A DNA stretch of 21,111 nucleotides from a virus (lineage: Duplodnaviria > Heunggongvirae > Uroviricota > Caudoviricetes): positions 1 to 21,111 of the IMG/VR virus record IMGVR_UViG_3300045988_115574. One strand, written 5' to 3'. A program made the translations under genes and the position numbers. Numbering within the stretch: position 1 is the stretch's first letter; each line of letters opens with the position of its first letter. The notes beneath the pieces were generated by a model. That model made no database searches and was not told where the DNA came from. It worked only from the letters and a program-made list of their open reading frames with translations. Below are positions 18,538-21,111 of the stretch, in pieces.

Positions 18538-20511
18538 ATGACAGACATTACAGCCAATGTGATCGTATCGATGCCTTCGCAACTCTTCACTATGGCTCGT
18601 TCTTTTAAAGCCGTAGCTAATGGCAAAATTTATATCGGTAAAATTGACACTGACCCGGTAAATCCTGAAAACCAGATTCAGGTTTATGTGGAGAACGAAG
18701 ACGGCTCTCACGTTCCTGTTTCACAACCAATCATCATTAACGCCGCTGGTTACCCTGTATATAACGGACAGATTACCAAGTTCGTTACTGTGCAAGGCCA
18801 TTCTATGGCTGTATATGACCAATATGGTTCCCAGCAATTTTATTTTCCGAATATTCTAAAATACGACCCTGATCAGCTACAACTACGACTGTCATCTCCT
18901 GATGGCTTTAAATTAATAGGCCAGTGCGATAGTTTTGACGAACTGCGTTCTATTGTTCCGGAGCTTGAAGGCCAGAGGATTTTGTTAAAAGGCTGGCATT
19001 CTGGATCCCTGTTGGGCGGTGGTGAGTTTATCGCAAAGGCGACCTCTGATTTAGATGATGGAGGTGTTGTCGCTGGTAGTGGTGCTCTGAAGTGGGTTCG
19101 CTCTGCATTCGATATAACACCAGAGGATTTTGGTGTTACGCCATCTGATACGGATACTTTGTATGGACTTCAGGGGGCGGTTAATGCAGCATCAAAATTT
19201 GGTGTTCGCGTTATCATAACTGAAGAAATGGTATATCCAATTTCTGATAACATAGTTGTTCCTAGTAATGTGACTATGGAATGGCTGAAACCATCATTTA
19301 TTACGCTAACTGCCAAATCAACTCTTGGTGGAGTGATTGCTGTGCTTGGGACTTATAGCAACCCTGTTGACAATGTGCGTTTCATTAATCCACATATAGA
19401 TGGTGGGAATATTGGTTATCCTACGTATGATGTGCAAGGTGAAAATGGTATCAGCGGTAGTAAATGCAGAAACGTTTTGTCGATTGGTGGCGTGATACGT
19501 AACTGCCGCAGAGGTTCGTCATCGCAATACTCATCAGGCGGGAAGGCGTTTAATTGGGAATACGGCGTTGATAATATAAGAATTGAAGGTGCAAAAGTTG
19601 AAAGTTGCTCATCAGCATTTGAATTTGTTGGTCGTGAAAATGGTGTTGGCGAATGGACTACTGCAACAGACGTTCACTACTATAATTGTTCCGCTGAGAA
19701 CTGTGATCGAGTGATAAGAAACGTCAGAGAAATGGTGACACCAAGCTATGCTACAGATATTTCGTTCGGTAGTTTCAAAGATATCTACGCGCTAAACTGC
19801 GGGTTGGGATCAGTGCCGGGTAAGGAGTTAGACGAGGGGTTGGTATTGCTGGATCGCTCAGCGGATATTGATGTTGAGCTCACCGCAATGAATTCTGCCA
19901 ACTACGGCACGATTGACAGCCCACTGAGAGTAAGAAGAGGGTACAACAACAAAATCAACATAATGTTTAATGGCGTATGCCGTGTCGATGTTAACCTTAA
20001 AGGACCCAATAACGCTCAACCAAGTGGTGAGTTACGTGGCAACCATATCAATATCCAGCATATCGGGGCGTGCACCAATATCGTTGATATAACACATGGT
20101 GATAACAAGATTATAGGTAACCACATTTCAATTACAGCAGGTACTCTTATTGGCAATTTATTAACAGATTCTTGTGATGCACAACCGCAAATTGTAACTG
20201 TGACGAACGGTGTTTCTGGAGTTTCAGTATCAGGATCTCTGAATGATATTTTTGATAATTTTAATGGAGGATTTCCAAGTGGTACGTCTGCAACAACAAT
20301 TGGTAATGTAAGGATAAATAGTACCTCTTTTTCGTTTTCAAATGATAGCACAAGATTGTTAAGCTCGAACAGACTGCGGCTTGGGTCTTATGACACCGAC
20401 AAGATTGAGTTGACTAACCTCTCAATGAAACTCACTCTTCCTACTTCAGCTACCGGTCTGGCGAGTGGTGAATGTTACTGGAATAATAACGTACTAACGC
20501 GAGTTCCGTAA
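18538..20511 (+). CDS. 9: tailspike protein: P22 gp9-type N-terminal head-binding domain fused to a different receptor-binding domain
   Basis: 657-aa ORF with GGAG 9 nt upstream. First ~110 aa [60 protein letters not shown]...LKYDPDQ match the P22 tailspike N-terminal domain as recalled; the rest does not resemble the P22 endorhamnosidase domain. Confidence 0.9.
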   Translation: MTDITANVIVSMPSQLFTMARSFKAVANGKIYIGKIDTDPVNPENQIQVYVENEDGSHVPVSQPIIINAAGYPVYNGQITKFVTVQGHSMAVYDQYGSQQFYFPNILKYDPDQLQLRLSSPDGFKLIGQCDSFDELRSIVPELEGQRILLKGWHSGSLLGGGEFIAKATSDLDDGGVVAGSGALKWVRSAFDITPEDFGVTPSDTDTLYGLQGAVNAASKFGVRVIITEEMVYPISDNIVVPSNVTMEWLKPSFITLTAKSTLGGVIAVLGTYSNPVDNVRFINPHIDGGNIGYPTYDVQGENGISGSKCRNVLSIGGVIRNCRRGSSSQYSSGGKAFNWEYGVDNIRIEGAKVESCSSAFEFVGRENGVGEWTTATDVHYYNCSAENCDRVIRNVREMVTPSYATDISFGSFKDIYALNCGLGSVPGKELDEGLVLLDRSADIDVELTAMNSANYGTIDSPLRVRRGYNNKINIMFNGVCRVDVNLKGPNNAQPSGELRGNHINIQHIGACTNIVDITHGDNKIIGNHISITAGTLIGNLLTDSCDAQPQIVTVTNGVSGVSVSGSLNDIFDNFNGGFPSGTSATTIGNVRINSTSFSFSNDSTRLLSSNRLRLGSYDTDKIELTNLSMKLTLPTSATGLASGECYWNNNVLTRVP

Positions 20512-20519
20512 TTCATTTA

Positions 20520-20538
20520 GAAGCCCCAAAAGGGGCTT
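20520..20538. terminator. GC-rich hairpin shared by the convergent tailspike and integrase genes (possible bidirectional terminator or sib-like element)
   Basis: aagcccc aaaa ggggctt, 9 nt from each stop codon. Flanking U-tracts are weak on both strands, so terminator function is uncertain. Confidence 0.4.
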
Positions 20539-20546
20539 AAGGCGGA

Positions 20547-21111
20547 TCACTCCACCTTTTCATCAAGCCAATCCGCCCACCACTGCATCATCTCCCTGCG
20601 TTTATCGAGATACTGAGCATGGTTGTAAATCCCACGCACAGATCCGCCGTTGGCATGTGCCAGTTGCACTTCAATAGCGTCAGCAGGCCATTCGTGCTCG
20701 TTCATAATTGTGCTGAATTCATGCCTGAACCCGTGACCGCTTTCCAGACCCTCATAGCCGATTCGTTTGATCACAAGTAATACCGCGTTCTCGCAGATTG
20801 GCTTCTTCTTATCGTTACGCCCGGCAAAAACAAACTCTGATACTGGTTTGGTGATGGAGCTTAACGTAGTGAGAAGTTCAACCACCTGGTCCGACATCGG
20901 GACCACATGAATCTTGCGTCCCTTCATCACACTGGCGTCGATAGTGATAATCCTGTTTTCAAAATCGACGTTATTCCATAGCATAGAACGAAGCTCTTTC
21001 GTTCTTAGGGCTGTGTAGCGTAAAACTTTGGTCGCAATGAGAGATACAATACTTCCTGAAAATGTTGCCAGTGCTTTGTTGAATGCCGGGATCTGGTCTG
21101 CAGGAAGAAAC
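20547..21111 (-). CDS. int: tyrosine recombinase / phage integrase, C-terminal catalytic part (N-terminus beyond the window)
   Basis: Minus-strand frame is open from the window edge to the stop at 20549-20547. Translation ...LRYTALRTKELRSMLWNNVDFEN...HGFRHEFSTIMNEHEWPADAIEVQLAHANGGSVRGIYNHAQYLDKRREMMQWWADWLDEKVE carries the conserved Arg, His-x-x-Arg and Tyr of tyrosine integrases. Confidence 0.9.
   Translation of the reverse strand, partial: FLPADQIPAFNKALATFSGSIVSLIATKVLRYTALRTKELRSMLWNNVDFENRIITIDASVMKGRKIHVVPMSDQVVELLTTLSSITKPVSEFVFAGRNDKKKPICENAVLLVIKRIGYEGLESGHGFRHEFSTIMNEHEWPADAIEVQLAHANGGSVRGIYNHAQYLDKRREMMQWWADWLDEKVE

Noticed and set aside
20016-20351. 111-aa minus-strand ORF
   Set aside because: Antisense to the tailspike receptor domain; no start context.
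20512-20546. Possible tRNA-derived attP core between tailspike and int
   Set aside because: No T-arm (GTTCRANYC) or CCA-like motif is visible in the 35-bp gap or immediately flanking sequence, so a tRNA-type att core cannot be called from this window. The att site may overlap int coding sequence or lie outside.
1-21111. CRISPR arrays, rRNA or tRNA genes
   Set aside because: No regularly spaced direct repeats with unique spacers, and no rRNA-like or cloverleaf-compatible sequences were seen. The only tandem repeats are the in-frame coding repeats in the gp26 gene and the small EP-repeat ORF.

Overview
This window is the late (morphogenesis) region of a P22-like lambdoid podophage, in canonical P22 gene order. 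Left to right: the 3' end of the lysis cassette (Rz with embedded Rz1), a few small ORFs, small and large terminase with an internal pac site, portal, scaffold, coat, gp4-gp10-gp26 (head completion and tail needle), gp14, ejection proteins gp7-gp20-gp16, the immI region, the tailspike, and the 3' part of a tyrosine integrase that runs off the right edge. The immI region consists of an AT-rich leftward block (a 3-TM membrane protein and a 193-aa unknown protein), then mnt, arc and ant with their overlapping divergent promoters and operators, and a probable sar antisense RNA. All assignments rest on reading the translations and comparing them with P22/lambda proteins from memory; no database search was run and no identity percentages are claimed. 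The main departures from canonical P22 are: a mosaic tailspike (P22-type head-binding domain joined to an unrelated receptor domain); a tail needle with five tandem 14-residue His-containing repeats and a non-P22 C-terminal domain; no gtrABC between tailspike and int; and a small EP-repeat/basic-tail ORF between coat and gp4. The best candidate for a poorly characterised exclusion or defence function is the AT-rich two-gene block translationally coupled to mnt. No rRNA, tRNA or CRISPR array was seen.
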